From the NCBI GenBank assembly GCA_963813715.1, contig CAWFAK010000009.1:160001-224000 (forward strand): 64,000 nucleotides of DNA, given 5' to 3'. Below are positions 1 to 11,779 of the stretch, in pieces (the stretch's first letter is position 1; each line of letters opens with the position of its first letter). A program made the translations under genes and the position numbers. Source of the stretch: an uncultured Planctomycetaceae bacterium (GTDB taxonomy: Bacteria; Planctomycetota; Planctomycetia; Planctomycetales; Planctomycetaceae). Under the pieces are notes generated by a model. The model was given only the letters and a program-made list of their open reading frames with translations. It made no database searches and was not told where the DNA came from.

Positions 1-79
1 GCCGCCGACACGCCCGGAGAGCGCAAAACCCACGAATTGTTCACGTTTTCCGGACCGCGCGTTGTGCAAAGCGGCCCGC

Positions 80-1633
80 TTACTGGTGCTGGCTCGCGTG
101 AGCCGGGGCCTTTCCGCTCGACGTGTGCTCCTTGACCCATTGGGCGATCGCCTCCAGGGCCGTCGGCGACATCGTTTCTTCGATCGTCGCGTACTCGCTG
201 ACGGAGCCGGTTTTGCACGTCTGGAACAGGTGGTTGAGCTTTGGCAGCTCACGCACACTGAAGTCCGCGTTGCCCCCCGCGCGGAGGGCTTTTTCCAGCT
301 CCGGGATATTTTGTTTGGGCGGTACTTGCATGTCCTTTTCCCCGATCAGGGCGAGCACGGGGCATTTGACCTGCGTGAGCGCAGGACGAGGATCGTACGC
401 GAGAAAGAAGCGGAACCACGGCAGGCTGATCATCTTCGCACTCTCTTCGGCGGACGCCTCCCCCGCGCCTGCCTGCGCCCGTTCGGCGGGCTTGAGCGCG
501 GCGGAATACTCGGCCCAGGCCGCCTTCACCTTCTGCTTGAGGGCCGCCGGCTCAAGCTTGTCTTTGGCCAGAGTGTAGAGTCTCTTCTGCAACACCTTTG
601 TCTGGGCAATCATGGTCTCAGAGGCCCCACCCTCTTTCAGGATGAACTCCATCTGCAACATGATGATCTCGTCGCCGGGCAGGGCGGGGCCGGCCATCAG
701 CACGATAAACGCGACGTCGTGCGAACGGTTGGCCACCATCGGGGCGATCTCGCCCCCCTCGCTGTGACCGATAAGACCGATCTGGTGCGGGTCGATGTCA
801 GATCGCGTCTTCAGGTATTCGACCCCGGCCAGGACATCGCCGGCGAAGTCTTCGCTGGTGGCGTGCATTACGTCGCCGGTCGAACCGCCGACGCCGCGAT
901 CGTCCACTCGCAGAACGGCGATGCCGCGCCGCGTTAGATAATCAGCGATCACCGCGAAGGGGCGATGGCCCATGATCTGCTCGTCGCGATCCTGCTGGCC
1001 TGAGCCGGTGATCAAGAGCACGACTGGGAAACGCCCCGAACCGCGGGGGATCGTCAGGGTGCCCGTGAATTTCGCGTGGGCCGCTTTGTTCTCGTAGGTC
1101 ACTTCCTCGGCTTGATAGGGGTACGGCGGATGCGGGTTTTGCGGCCGCTTGCGGGCTTCCGGCGCGCGATCGGTCTTTTTGAACACGATCGGCAGTTGGG
1201 CCATCCCCTGCTTGAACTTGGCCGTGATCTCCGTCCCCGCATCGTTCAAGGTTCCGTCGATGTTCAACAGGAATTTCTTGAACGAGATGTGCACGGCATT
1301 GCCTTTGAGCGTGACCTCGTCGACGGCATGGGCGACGGCGTCCTGATCAAGGCTGTTGAGCGTGCCGGTGTATGACCCGTCGGGCTTGGCGGTGACCGCG
1401 ACGGCGAGTCGCAAACTGACGGCCCCGACTTTGAGCGTCCCCAGCCAATTCCCGGCCAGTGAATGCTTGGCCGCGCTAGCCGCGAGCGGGTTCGCGACGA
1501 GGGGATTACCGGCAGGCGGATTCTTGGCGGGCGGATTCTCGCCCTCATTCTCGGCGGCGCCGACGGCCGTCCGACAAAAGAACATCGCGCCGAGCACGAG
1601 CGCGGACAACTGCCAAACACGTTTTTGCCTCAT
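80..1633 (-). CDS. Secreted alpha/beta-hydrolase (S33/S15-like serine hydrolase)
   Basis: Signal peptide, GSGQQDRDE, DDRGVGGSTG, nucleophile elbow GHSEGG and C-terminal LNHLFQ. ATG 1633 is better spaced from the GAGGAG RBS than ATG 1642. Confidence 0.85.
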   Translation of the reverse strand: MRQKRVWQLSALVLGAMFFCRTAVGAAENEGENPPAKNPPAGNPLVANPLAASAAKHSLAGNWLGTLKVGAVSLRLAVAVTAKPDGSYTGTLNSLDQDAVAHAVDEVTLKGNAVHISFKKFLLNIDGTLNDAGTEITAKFKQGMAQLPIVFKKTDRAPEARKRPQNPHPPYPYQAEEVTYENKAAHAKFTGTLTIPRGSGRFPVVLLITGSGQQDRDEQIMGHRPFAVIADYLTRRGIAVLRVDDRGVGGSTGDVMHATSEDFAGDVLAGVEYLKTRSDIDPHQIGLIGHSEGGEIAPMVANRSHDVAFIVLMAGPALPGDEIIMLQMEFILKEGGASETMIAQTKVLQKRLYTLAKDKLEPAALKQKVKAAWAEYSAALKPAERAQAGAGEASAEESAKMISLPWFRFFLAYDPRPALTQVKCPVLALIGEKDMQVPPKQNIPELEKALRAGGNADFSVRELPKLNHLFQTCKTGSVSEYATIEETMSPTALEAIAQWVKEHTSSGKAPAHASQHQ

Positions 1634-1733
1634 TGGGCCCATCTCCTCGTGTTGAGAATCTCGAACGATTGAATCAGCAACATCAGATCATGAATCGTGT
1701 TCTGAGTGGTTCCGCAGCCCGTCGGTTGCCGTG

Positions 1734-3143
1734 TCACGGTTTGCCGGACGGCTTAACCGGCGGTTTGACCGGGCTGTCCGAACTCGGCTTGCCGGCGGTC
1801 GGCAGGCGAATCGGGAAGCAGCGGTCGCCCTTGGTGTCGTTCCGTTGCAGATCGACGCAGACCTTGCCGTCGTCGTCCACCTGGTCGACCCACACGCTCC
1901 ACAGCAAGCCGCCCTCGGCACGAGTCTTCCCGCGCCGGTAATGGAAGGGCTCTCCTTTGCCGAACGGGTCAGCCGGGATCGTTTTGAGATAGCCGACCTT
2001 CACCAGTTCTCCGAGATCCGCCGGCAGCGCGCCGTGCTCCCGCACGTAAAGCTCCAGCGCCAGGGCCAGAATCACCGCGCTGCGTCGCGCCTCCTCGCGA
2101 TCGACGGAGTCCACGAGCGCCAGACCGGCGGGAAGGACAGTGCCCAGGAACAGTGCGCTCGGCCCCCGGCCTGAGAGGCCGCATTGATCTTGGATTTCTT
2201 CGGCCGAAAGGGAGCCGGCTGGGGCGCTCGCCTCGCGCTCATAGAGATCCGGCGGCCCCTTGACGACAGCCGGCCGACGAAAACGCGGGCGATCGACCGG
2301 TCCCAGCCAGTTGGCAAAGACCACTCGAAGCGAATGGTGCGCGTGTTCGCGAACGCCGAATACGTTGAACACCGTGGCGACCCCTCCCATCTCGGCCTCG
2401 AACTGATCGAAACTGTTGACGACAAGCAAGTATTCCGCCTTCAGGCAATCGGACGTTGGCGGAGTCAGCGCCTCGATGGCGAGTGTGTCGTTGAGCGCCA
2501 GGCGCAGTTGGGCTGCCGACAACTCCGGTCGCGCCGACCAGGCAATGATCGGCTCGGTCGCCGTCGCCTGCATCACACTGCCGACCATTCGGCCGATCAT
2601 TCCGGTGTGCGTGCCGACGTGGCGGCTCGAACGGAGCACGGCCCGATACCAATTCCATGCCTCGCCCACGTGTCCCTCGGCGGACAGGCGTGACGCCTCA
2701 AGCAGCGCCAGCCGCGCGAATTCCCGACCGCTTCCCAGAGCGGGCGAACTCAACGTCGAGACGGTCGCCACCCCCGGCGGAATATCCAAGTAGCCGTCGA
2801 GTTGGCTCCCCTCCTTCCAGACGTCCATCGCCTTGCGGTTGACGGTCAACCAATTGCGGACGTCTGCGTTCGCCAGGCTCCAATCCTCGACCGCCTGTTC
2901 GCGGTTTTGCTCGAACGTTTTCGACGCCTCCGGCGTTTTGAGCAGCGAGCTCTCCGCAACGAAGAGCGGGGCTGCCGTGCGATAGACCTTGTCCGCATTC
3001 TTCGCGTCGTCCACCTTGACGGCCTTGAAGGCGTCAATGTCGAACGGCTCGACGTCGGGCGACCCGCTCTTCACACGCTGATAGACGCCGGACGCCACCA
3101 TCAACAGCAAGACGCCGAAGAGCAGCACGGCCGCCCACTTCAC
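1734..3143 (-). CDS. Membrane-anchored hypothetical protein with a GspG-like C-terminal motif
   Basis: N-terminal TM helix. The C-terminal LELY..EHGALPADL.ELV...L..IPADPF...PFHY and WSV..D..DDDG pattern is common in planctomycete hypotheticals. Confidence 0.65.
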   Translation of the reverse strand: MKWAAVLLFGVLLLMVASGVYQRVKSGSPDVEPFDIDAFKAVKVDDAKNADKVYRTAAPLFVAESSLLKTPEASKTFEQNREQAVEDWSLANADVRNWLTVNRKAMDVWKEGSQLDGYLDIPPGVATVSTLSSPALGSGREFARLALLEASRLSAEGHVGEAWNWYRAVLRSSRHVGTHTGMIGRMVGSVMQATATEPIIAWSARPELSAAQLRLALNDTLAIEALTPPTSDCLKAEYLLVVNSFDQFEAEMGGVATVFNVFGVREHAHHSLRVVFANWLGPVDRPRFRRPAVVKGPPDLYEREASAPAGSLSAEEIQDQCGLSGRGPSALFLGTVLPAGLALVDSVDREEARRSAVILALALELYVREHGALPADLGELVKVGYLKTIPADPFGKGEPFHYRRGKTRAEGGLLWSVWVDQVDDDGKVCVDLQRNDTKGDRCFPIRLPTAGKPSSDSPVKPPVKPSGKP

Positions 3144-3374
3144 AATGCGGCGGACCGGATGCGGGTGGGGATCGGAGATGGGCTGGACGTTGGCGCAAGC
3201 GACATCGGCGCAGATTTCAAGCGGCCAGTTGGGGGGTCAATGAAAATGGGCGCAATGAAAAGCTTACTTCGGTCGGTAACGAACTACCAACGCCTGCGGA
3301 TCACCGGTTTTTGGCAAATTCCTAAATGAGTGCCTCCGTTGCCCCTGAATGACGCCCTTCAATGCGAAACTCGT

Positions 3375-4867
3375 TCAATCGACCAGATATTCGCGGCGGC
3401 AAACTTTGAAGGCCGCGTGAGCTGCGTCGCCCCACGAGTAGGGATACTTTTCCCATCGCTCGCGGTTTTCCTGATCTTGCTCGACCAAGCGCTCCACAAT
3501 TGCGGCTATGGTCTGCGACGGTGGCAAAGGCATCGACCCGGTACTGATGAACTTATCCAGGCAGCGGCGATGCGCAGCCAGAACTTCCTCCGCTCCACCG
3601 GCCGACAACACGCATCGACGGCTGACGTTCGGTCGCCTAAGCTTGCGGTATTCACGGGTGTTCGAAGTGACATGGCGGCGTCCGTCCTGGAATCGAGTCG
3701 AAACCAAGAGCACTGCTCGGGGCGGAAAGTAAAACAGCCTCTCGGTCCTGTGCAGCAGTCCCACCGCAATGAGCGCGTCGTCGGTCACGTAATAACGAAT
3801 TCCTCGGTCGGGTTGTCCAGACCCTTTGGCGGTCAGGTCGCAAACGTGGCGGGCGCCGAAATCTTTCAGTTCGGTCGTGTACTTGAAGAGCGTCGGACTC
3901 TCGACCGTTGAGAGATCGATCTGCTGGTACTCGATTGGAGCCGAGTGAAGCGCGCCGAAGGTCTTTCGCATCTGCGTGAAATAGCGACGCATCAGCGCGA
4001 ATTTGAGCCAGGCGACTCGTCCCGCAATCGTAAGCGCCGAGACGACTCCGACCACGCAGGGGAGCGCGATCAATGGAAAATCGCGAGCGCAAAAGAGGGC
4101 CAACGTCGAGAGGCCGACGGCAACCAACAGGGGAACACCGAGGCGACGGGTGAAAGCGGCCGGGCCTCGCTCATCCATCGTCTCCACTTGACGGCGAAGC
4201 AGCCGCATGACTCGGCGCTCGTCCCCCTGCGAAATAAATAGATCTGGGCACTCACCGCGGAAGTGCTCGTGCGCTTGCCTGGCCGCAACATCACGCGGAC
4301 CGGAGCCGGATTGCTTGAGATACAAATCGAATGCCTGCATCAGTCGAGTTTCATGCAACCAGCGAGTCAGGCGGAGGCCCATCGCGATGCCCTGGTCGAG
4401 CCCCTCCTGCCAGACGGCTTTCAACAGCAAGGCGCCGTCTGCGGCGCGCCGCACAAGACGAGCGTCGTCACCGCCTGTTCCGGATGGTTTCTCGAATTCT
4501 TCACGAACCCGCGAAAGGTCATTCGCAATAGCAGGCAAGCCTGCTTGATCTCCGGCGCCACCAGAAGGTCTCGCCATAGAATGATCTGAGAGGGATATTC
4601 GACCGTTTCGGCCGGGTCGACCGCGGTGACGTGATCCGGATCTGTGTCGTCAAACACGGCCTCGGGCACCCGCGCGGACAACGATCGAATCAGCTCTTTC
4701 CGCCGCTGTTGCGGGAAGGAGAAGATCCAGGCCGCGATCTGAAACTCGCCCGACTGCTCGGCATCAATTGCGTTGGCAAGGAACCACCGGCGCAACATGT
4801 CTGCCAGCACAGCCAGATCGCTGGCTGACAACAGGCGATCCACGAACTTATCGCGAAGGATTTCCAT
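3375..4867 (-). CDS. Hypothetical membrane protein, probably one gene split by a frameshift near 4445
   Basis: ORFs 4421..4867 and 3375..4577 overlap. Each reads as protein-like on one side of ~4445. Two central TM helices. Confidence 0.45.
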
Positions 4868-5024
4868 CGCAGGGCATTATGCGCAAAGCGAGTCATGCTT
4901 TCCCGGGTCAATTTCGGCTTGGTTTTGCGGAATTTGACGGTTGTAGCGACCAGAGCGCGATGGTCGCCGCATCCGCCGTTCGCCCGGGCTGACCTATAGT
5001 TGGTCAACCCATTCGGCGAAGAGC

Positions 5025-6497
5025 ATGCGAAACGGCCCGACCGATCAACGACCATCGTCTGCGGCAGACATTTTTGGATGTCTGTCGCTCGTGGCGCTGG
5101 TGCTCTTTGTCTTCCTGCCGACGGTGGGCTACGGCTTCGTCAACTGGGACGACCCCTGGTACGTCCTCGACAACCCGTTGATCACGAGTTGGCGGCCGTC
5201 CAACCTGATCGAGATCGCCACCCGGCCGGCCGTGCGGAATTACGCTCCGCTCACGATGTTCGGCTACTTGATCGAACACTCGCTCTGGGGGACGTGGGCC
5301 GGCGGTTATCACCTCGTCAATGTGCTCTTGCACACCGTCAACGCGGTGCTGGTTTACGTCCTGTTGCGGCAACTGACGTCGAGCCGGTTTATCGCCTGGA
5401 TGACCGCGGCCCTCTTCGCCGTGCATCCCGTGCAAGTCGAGACCGTCGCCTGGATCTCGTCGTTCAAGGGGGTCCTGTCGGCCACGTTCATTCTGGCGAG
5501 CCTGATTTGCTGGCTACGACCGCAACCCTCGCCCCGCAACGAGGCGTGGGCCGTTGTCTTTCATGCGCTGGGACTGCTGGCCAAGGCGGTGGCGATTATG
5601 CTGCCCGCCGTCGTTTTCTGTTACGACGTGCTCGTGGCCGGCAAACGCGCGGCGGACGCGGCAGCGCGGCAGATCGTGCCGTGCCTGCTGGCGGGTCTGG
5701 TGCTCTTGGTGACGATGTCGGCCCAGACCTCCGTGCTGGGCGGAGTGCGCGACCACTTGCACTGGAGCAAGGCCCGCGTGGCCGCGTTCGACACGGTCGT
5801 CCTGTGGGACTACGTGGGCCTCTTGGTTTGGCCGCGCGATCTGTGCGTGCTCTACGATCCGCCAACGATCGGGATTGCCGGAGCCATCGCGCTGGCGGGC
5901 GTCGGCTGGCTGGCGGTCGCGGCCGGTGCCTGGACTTTGCGGCGGCAGTTTCCGCTGTTTGTCGTGGGGCTGGTAGCGTTTGTCGCGCTGTTGTTTCCCG
6001 TGCTCAACTTCTTCCCGATCACGACATTGATGAACGATCGCTATCTGTACCTGCCGTCGATTCCCATCTTTGCACTGATGGCCGCCGGCCTTGAGCAGAT
6101 TTACGTCGCGGGGCGCGTGCAAATCTCGCGCTTCGCGACGAACGCTGGCGCCGCAGGCGACTCGGACCGTCCTTCCGAGAGACGGCCCGTGCGAGTGCTC
6201 GCGCGGTCGCTGGCGGCGGCCGCCGGCGGCGTGCTCTTGTGCGGCTACCTCACGGCGACACACGATCGTCTGCCGGTTTGGCGCAATGACCAGTCCCTGT
6301 GGGCCGACGCCGTCGCCAAATCCGCCAGTTTGCCCGTGGTCCGCATCCAATGGGCCCAGTCGCTCTACGCCTCGCATCACCCGAGCGAGGCACTGGCCGT
6401 CCTGCAGCGGACCCTGCTCGACACCCGTCCCGACGCGGCCGACCGCGAGCGGATCCAGGCGACGATTACCGACTGGAAGCGGGCCAGCGTGAATTAA
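5025..6497 (+). CDS. TMTC-like GT-C membrane glycosyltransferase with short TPR-like tail
   Basis: FVNWDDPWYV.DNP, HPVQVETVAWIS, DRYLYLP and WRND.SLW motifs; many TM helices. Confidence 0.8.
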   Translation: MRNGPTDQRPSSAADIFGCLSLVALVLFVFLPTVGYGFVNWDDPWYVLDNPLITSWRPSNLIEIATRPAVRNYAPLTMFGYLIEHSLWGTWAGGYHLVNVLLHTVNAVLVYVLLRQLTSSRFIAWMTAALFAVHPVQVETVAWISSFKGVLSATFILASLICWLRPQPSPRNEAWAVVFHALGLLAKAVAIMLPAVVFCYDVLVAGKRAADAAARQIVPCLLAGLVLLVTMSAQTSVLGGVRDHLHWSKARVAAFDTVVLWDYVGLLVWPRDLCVLYDPPTIGIAGAIALAGVGWLAVAAGAWTLRRQFPLFVVGLVAFVALLFPVLNFFPITTLMNDRYLYLPSIPIFALMAAGLEQIYVAGRVQISRFATNAGAAGDSDRPSERRPVRVLARSLAAAAGGVLLCGYLTATHDRLPVWRNDQSLWADAVAKSASLPVVRIQWAQSLYASHHPSEALAVLQRTLLDTRPDAADRERIQATITDWKRASVN

Positions 6498-6577
6498 GTC
6501 GATCCGGCCAGCCTCAATTCATTCTCGCGGCCGTGGTCCGCAACAAGCGACTGCAAAACCGCCTGCGGCCTGCCAGC

Positions 6578-8642
6578 CTACTGTTGCAACTCCGCAACGG
6601 CCTTCGATTCGAGGAACGGCAAATCGAAGTGCGGGGCGCTGGCGACAATTTTCGGGTCAACGTGACTCAACAAGATCGCGTAGTCGCTGATGGGGTCGTT
6701 GTCGGTGATCACCGGCGCATCGATTTTCGGCAGCAGCACCACCCTCTGCAGCTGACCCCGTGCGGCAAGAATTTTGTCGAGGCAGGGGATTTTGCCGGCA
6801 ATTTTTTTCGCCGCCAGGGGATCAAACAGAGCTGGTAAGTCGGCATCCGTCGAGATGACCATGGGAAGCTCCGGGAAAATCCAAACGTGGCGGAACACCT
6901 CCTGCGCGGTTGCGAAATAGGCCGTGCTATAGGCCTGCGAAATGAACACGCCATCGGGCTCGAGGTGCGATTTGACCAAGCGGATAAATTCCAACGACTT
7001 CACCGCGGTGCAACCACGCAGCCCGTCGTCTCCCGTAATTTCGACGATCACGTTGTACCGATCGTGATCGAGAGAGAGAGCAAGCCGTCCATCCATCACA
7101 ACTGGCGGATTGCTGTGGATGATGTTGGAGCTGACCTCGGGATGCCGGCTCCAGAACCTGGACACGGCCGGACTGTAGTCCAGGTTCATGATCTTACTGT
7201 CGGGCAATAGCTTGACGAGGCCGCCATTGGAGATCCCCGCGCCGACACCGACGTAGAAAATCCGGCTGTTTTTCTTCAGCATGGCAGGGATCAACATCTG
7301 CTGCGTTCGGTATCCGCCACAGATCTTATGGATCGCTGGTGACTGCATCCGACCACTGACAAGATAGTCCTCTCCGGCAAGCCAGGTCGAGATGCCCCAA
7401 TCCTCGTCGGCTTCCACCGGTCCTTGCGTTCTTGCTGAGGTCGCGGTAATACGCCTGCGAAGAGCCCAGCGCAAAGATTGCCAGCGCCGGCAACGCGAAC
7501 GCGAATCGGCGCGAGTAGAAGACCGTCCCGACCAGGACGGCAAGGGCGGTTCCGATCGCGGGGATCTGCACGAAAGAGAGCCGCAGCACTTCGGGTAGCA
7601 ACACCGTTGCGGCGAGCCCGCCGAGAAATGTGCCGGCGAGATTGGACGCGTAAACCATGCCGGCCTGACGGGCATTCAGGCTCTTGCTCTCGCAGTGGAT
7701 CGCGCCGAAGTACCAGCCGCTGAACAGCACGGGGATGAAAAGCAGCTGTGCGTGCTCACGACCAAGCATAAAGAAGGCGGCGCCCAGCGAGAGTGCCAGC
7801 GCGCCTAAGATCCATCCCGAAGACACACGAATGATCAGTGCCAGGCAATTGCCAACCGCCCAGGCCACGAGGATGAACGCAAGGACGATGCTGAACAGCC
7901 AATAGGCGTCAGGCTCGACGAGTCCGAAATGCCGAAACAGGACGACTTGATAAGAGAAGCCGATGAAGCCGGCCGCGAACAACAGGGCCGCGGCGCGCGA
8001 CACCGGACCGGAACCTGAAGAGGCCACGACAGGCTGGGGCCGGACGAACAGCGGCAGCAGGCCCGCACAAACATAGAAGACCGACGCGACCAGCACCATG
8101 TGAGAAAGCGACAGGCTTGGGAGAAGGTAGACACTCAATCCGCATCCCGTGGCGGCCCCCAGCGTGTTGGTCATCAAAACGAGAATCGCCGTACGATTGG
8201 AGCCGCCCAGCGTCGCGAACGCGGCGGGATAATTGGCTCCCATAAACACCGCCAGCGTTCCGCAGGTCAGCAGAAGCAGGCCGAACAGAACCGCATAATA
8301 GGAACCGATCCCAATGTTCCATCCCATCACGCCATCAAGCAGCCAACAGAATGCGGGAATGAAAGCTGGCAAGATGCAGGCGCAGGCCAACTCGACGGAG
8401 ATCCACACTCGGCGCGGCCACCGGCTGCGACCGCCGAGAAGGGCGCCCAGGGCAATGCCCGCAATAAAGGCGAACGAGATCGCCGACGAGATGAAGGCAT
8501 CCGCGCCGCCGGAATGTATGGCGACATAGCGTTGGATGGCGCACTGGGCCGTGAGCGATCCAGCTCCGGAGAAGAAGAGGGAAAGTAAACCGATCAGCAT
8601 CGCTCGAACGTGAGCGTCTCTCGTCACTTCTTGCCCCGTCAT
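6578..8642 (-). CDS. Membrane-fused spermidine-synthase-like SAM-binding protein (frameshift ~7428)
   Basis: Multi-TM N-terminal part with MGANYP, NTLGAATG and YASNLAGTFLG. C-terminal class I SAM fold with VGVGAGIS, MDGR, EFIRLVKSHLEPDGVF and VITDNDP. Confidence 0.7.
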
Positions 8643-8827
8643 AATGTGACATTCCAAGCGGCCGCGGGCGAAATGGATCTTCGAAGATCGATTTCCATCG
8701 CGCGGGCGATATTCGGGTCGTCGATTAATTTGAGTGGCGCGAGCACTTCGTCAACCAGAGCGCCGCCATCGACGGCCGAGCGCCCGAATGGTCCTGTTGG
8801 CGGCAACCTCATCTCGGAGACATTCAT
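8639..8827 (-). CDS. Possible small 62-aa protein, or a frameshifted N-terminus of the next gene
   Basis: Its ATG overlaps the upstream stop (ATGA at 8824-8827) and its stop overlaps ATG 8642. No recognisable homology. Confidence 0.3.
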   Translation of the reverse strand: MNVSEMRLPPTGPFGRSAVDGGALVDEVLAPLKLIDDPNIARAMEIDLRRSISPAAAWNVTL

Positions 8828-11634
8828 CGTACGGCTTCCGCCGCATCGACGACGACCGGAAGGGTTAACGTGCGTCGACCCAGGGCATCAAGAAACCGCA
8901 AGGAGGGAAAATCGATCGCGCTCAAATCAGTTTTTGGCGGCAGCACGAGACGCAGCGATTGATCAGTGCCGCCGATGTCGATCGGCCCAGTTGCGGCCGG
9001 CAACAGCAAATGATCGGCGTTATCGATCAGCTTCAGACAGCCGGATTCGTGCCCGGCCGTCGACTTCAAGACTTGGGCCCCCGGGTTCCGGGCCAGGTCG
9101 ACCAACTCGACCGCGGCAACCTCCTGCAGCTTCGGCGCAGCCGGCAGTCGCAAGAACAGGGTCGGAACGGGAGCGGCCTCGCCTGCAGCTCGTCGCTGAA
9201 AGGCGCAGTCATAAAGGGCGAGGTCGGCGCGGTTCTTGCGCACCAGCAACCGCGTGGGTCCGACGCGTCCGAGAAGTTGGAACTGCGCGGAAATAAAATC
9301 GAGAAACTTCATCTTTGGCGGAACGGGGTTCCAGGGATTCGGGTTGTCGATAAACAAGAGGCGGGGGCAGTCGCGGTGCGCCTGAAGCAAACGCTCGTCG
9401 TCGACCGGGTCCATCTGCGCCCAGAGATTGCTGATCGGCACAACGTCGCTCGCGGGACGCTGCTCGGCCCAAAAATGCAGGCTTTCGAGGCCGAATCGGG
9501 CGAAGACGCAATCCGATGAGTGGCGCACGTTTGTCGCTAGAAACGTGCAATAGACTGCGTCGCGTTCCGGCATCCGCGTCCAATGACAGCCGGGCAGGTC
9601 CAGCGGAATGAGCGAGCGATATTCTTCCTCCGCGTCGATCATCGACACCAGCCCGATCAGCAGTGCCGCCGCCAGTAAAACGGCGTTTGCCTTTGCGGGC
9701 AGCGCGCCCACGCCGGCTCTCAGTCGATGGAAGAGGCCCAGCTCGCCGCCCACGTCCACCAGTAGCGCGAGCGCGATTCCCACCATCAAAAAGACCGCAA
9801 AGTGAAAAGGTCGTCCGGCCAGGTGCACAACCGGCAGCAAGTGCAACAACTCCAGACAAGCGCCCGCGACCAGCCCCAAGCGCACATAGTCTCTCAATCC
9901 TTCGGCCGCCTGACCCGGCGATTGGATCAAAATCAGCCAGCAGAGCGGCAATGTCAATCGGAGCCAGGTCATGTCCCAGGGGGGCGCGGTCAGCATGCCT
10001 GCGACAATCCACCCGCAAAGAATGGCCTTAAGCGGCACCAGAAATTTGCGAATCGAGGGCTCGAATTGCAGCGCAAGCAGCCCGCGCCCGCGGTCAGCAA
10101 GGCCCAGAGCGACGTGACGCTGAGAAGAGTCCACTCGACACCGAAGATTTCATAGGTGCGGGTCCGCATCGAGGCGACCGCGACGGCAATCACGGCCGCT
10201 CGCTTGAGCGCCGGTGCAATGGACTCAAACAGGTTGGGTTGCCGGGCTGCGAGATCGCGCACTTCTTGATAAACATCGAGCGCCAACACAACTGCGACGA
10301 TCGGCAATACCAGGCTGCCAATCAGGACCTGGCTGCCGGTCACCGGAAAGATTTGTAACGGTTGCAGACACGCGGTGAAGCACAAGAACAATCGAAAAAA
10401 CCAAGTCCGCTCGTCCAGATCACGTCCTGCCGGAGGCACGAGCAACAACCACACGAGGGGCAAGCCGAGCGACAGCGGCAGGAAGACTTCGTGATTCCGC
10501 GATGCGGCAATTAAGAAAACCATCACACAAGCGACGATCCGCAGGGGGGCCAACAACAGGGTCCAAGATGGCGTGCGCCCCAGGGCCGCAAACCCCAGGA
10601 CAGTCGCGGCGGAGACCCACACCAGCCCAAACGTCGAGACCGGCAGAGGGGTGCCGACCGGGGCACTCGCAAAATTGCGGTAGGTTCGCAGAAAGAGCGC
10701 ATTGGACATGCCCGCGAGCGTATTGCCCTGCCAGAGCGCAAAGCCAACCATCGGCCCTGCGACCAGCAGACCGCCCAGTCCGCACCACAGGATTTCCTTG
10801 AGCCCCACCGTGCCCGGGGGCACACGGACGCACGCGAGGGCAAGGCCGGGCAGCAGGCGCAAGTCACCAAAAAACAAAAGCCCCCGTATCCGTCGCCGAA
10901 ACGCGATCTCATCAACATCAAGGGCAGAGCCACGGTGGCGCAGCGCTCGCGCACCTCAGCAGGTACCAGAGCCGGGAGGACCGCGGTGTGAGCGTCAGCA
11001 GTGTGAGCGCCAATCCGAGCAGGTAGAAAACGCCCACGTTCACCTTGGTCAAAGCCATCGCCGCGCCGAGCCCGCCGAGCACGAGCAGGGCAATTCTTCG
11101 GCGCTCCATCGTCGCTGCCACGTAGAGAGCGGCGGCCAACAGCAGTGCAACCACTTCCTGGGGGTGCCCCGGCTCACGGCTCAATACGAAGAGCTGGCAG
11201 ACCGAGAGGATCCACACCAATGCGGTGAGGCCTACTCGCGAGGCAACACGCCCCGCCAATCGTGACGCGGTCATGGCCAACAGCAGCGTCGTCAGCAGCC
11301 AGGTGACAAGCGACTCGATCCTCAGGGCGTCATTGCCGAGGGGAACGCGCAGCACGCCGAAGACCAGCCAGCGCAGGAACAGATAGAAAGGGCCATAGAG
11401 ACAGTTCACCCGGTCATAAATGGTGTGCCCGTCCAGCATGTGCTGAACGAACAGCAGCACGACGCCCTCGTCATCGTACGGCACAATGCAGATGAACGCG
11501 GAAAAGCAGGCGAAAGAGACGCCACTAAGCACCGCTCCCAAGACCAGCGCCGCTGTCAGAAAACGACTGATCGGGATTCCTGATCTTGTGGCCGTGGACG
11601 GAAAGGGCGGCTGCAACGAAGCGTGGGCCGTCAT
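8824..11634 (-). CDS. Large GT-C-like polytopic membrane protein, paralog 2 (frameshifts ~10940, ~10860, ~10085)
   Basis: Pieces 10918..11634, 10523..10954 (part), 9990..10877 and 8824..10134 are collinear with the 950-aa neighbour: YDDEG, HPQEV, TKVNVG, QIFP..GSQ and RFGL.S..FW..QRPAS. Confidence 0.75.
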
Positions 11635-11779
11635 TGAGGATCGCTCGTTGCGGCGGAGGGAACGTCGATCGGACGTGTCGAGTCGGGGCCGATGGTATGG
11701 AAATCCATTATTCGAGCGTGCGCAATGGTTGTCAAACGCCGATCCGCTGCGCCGACGCGAGCAGCGCAGCGTCGTTCGC

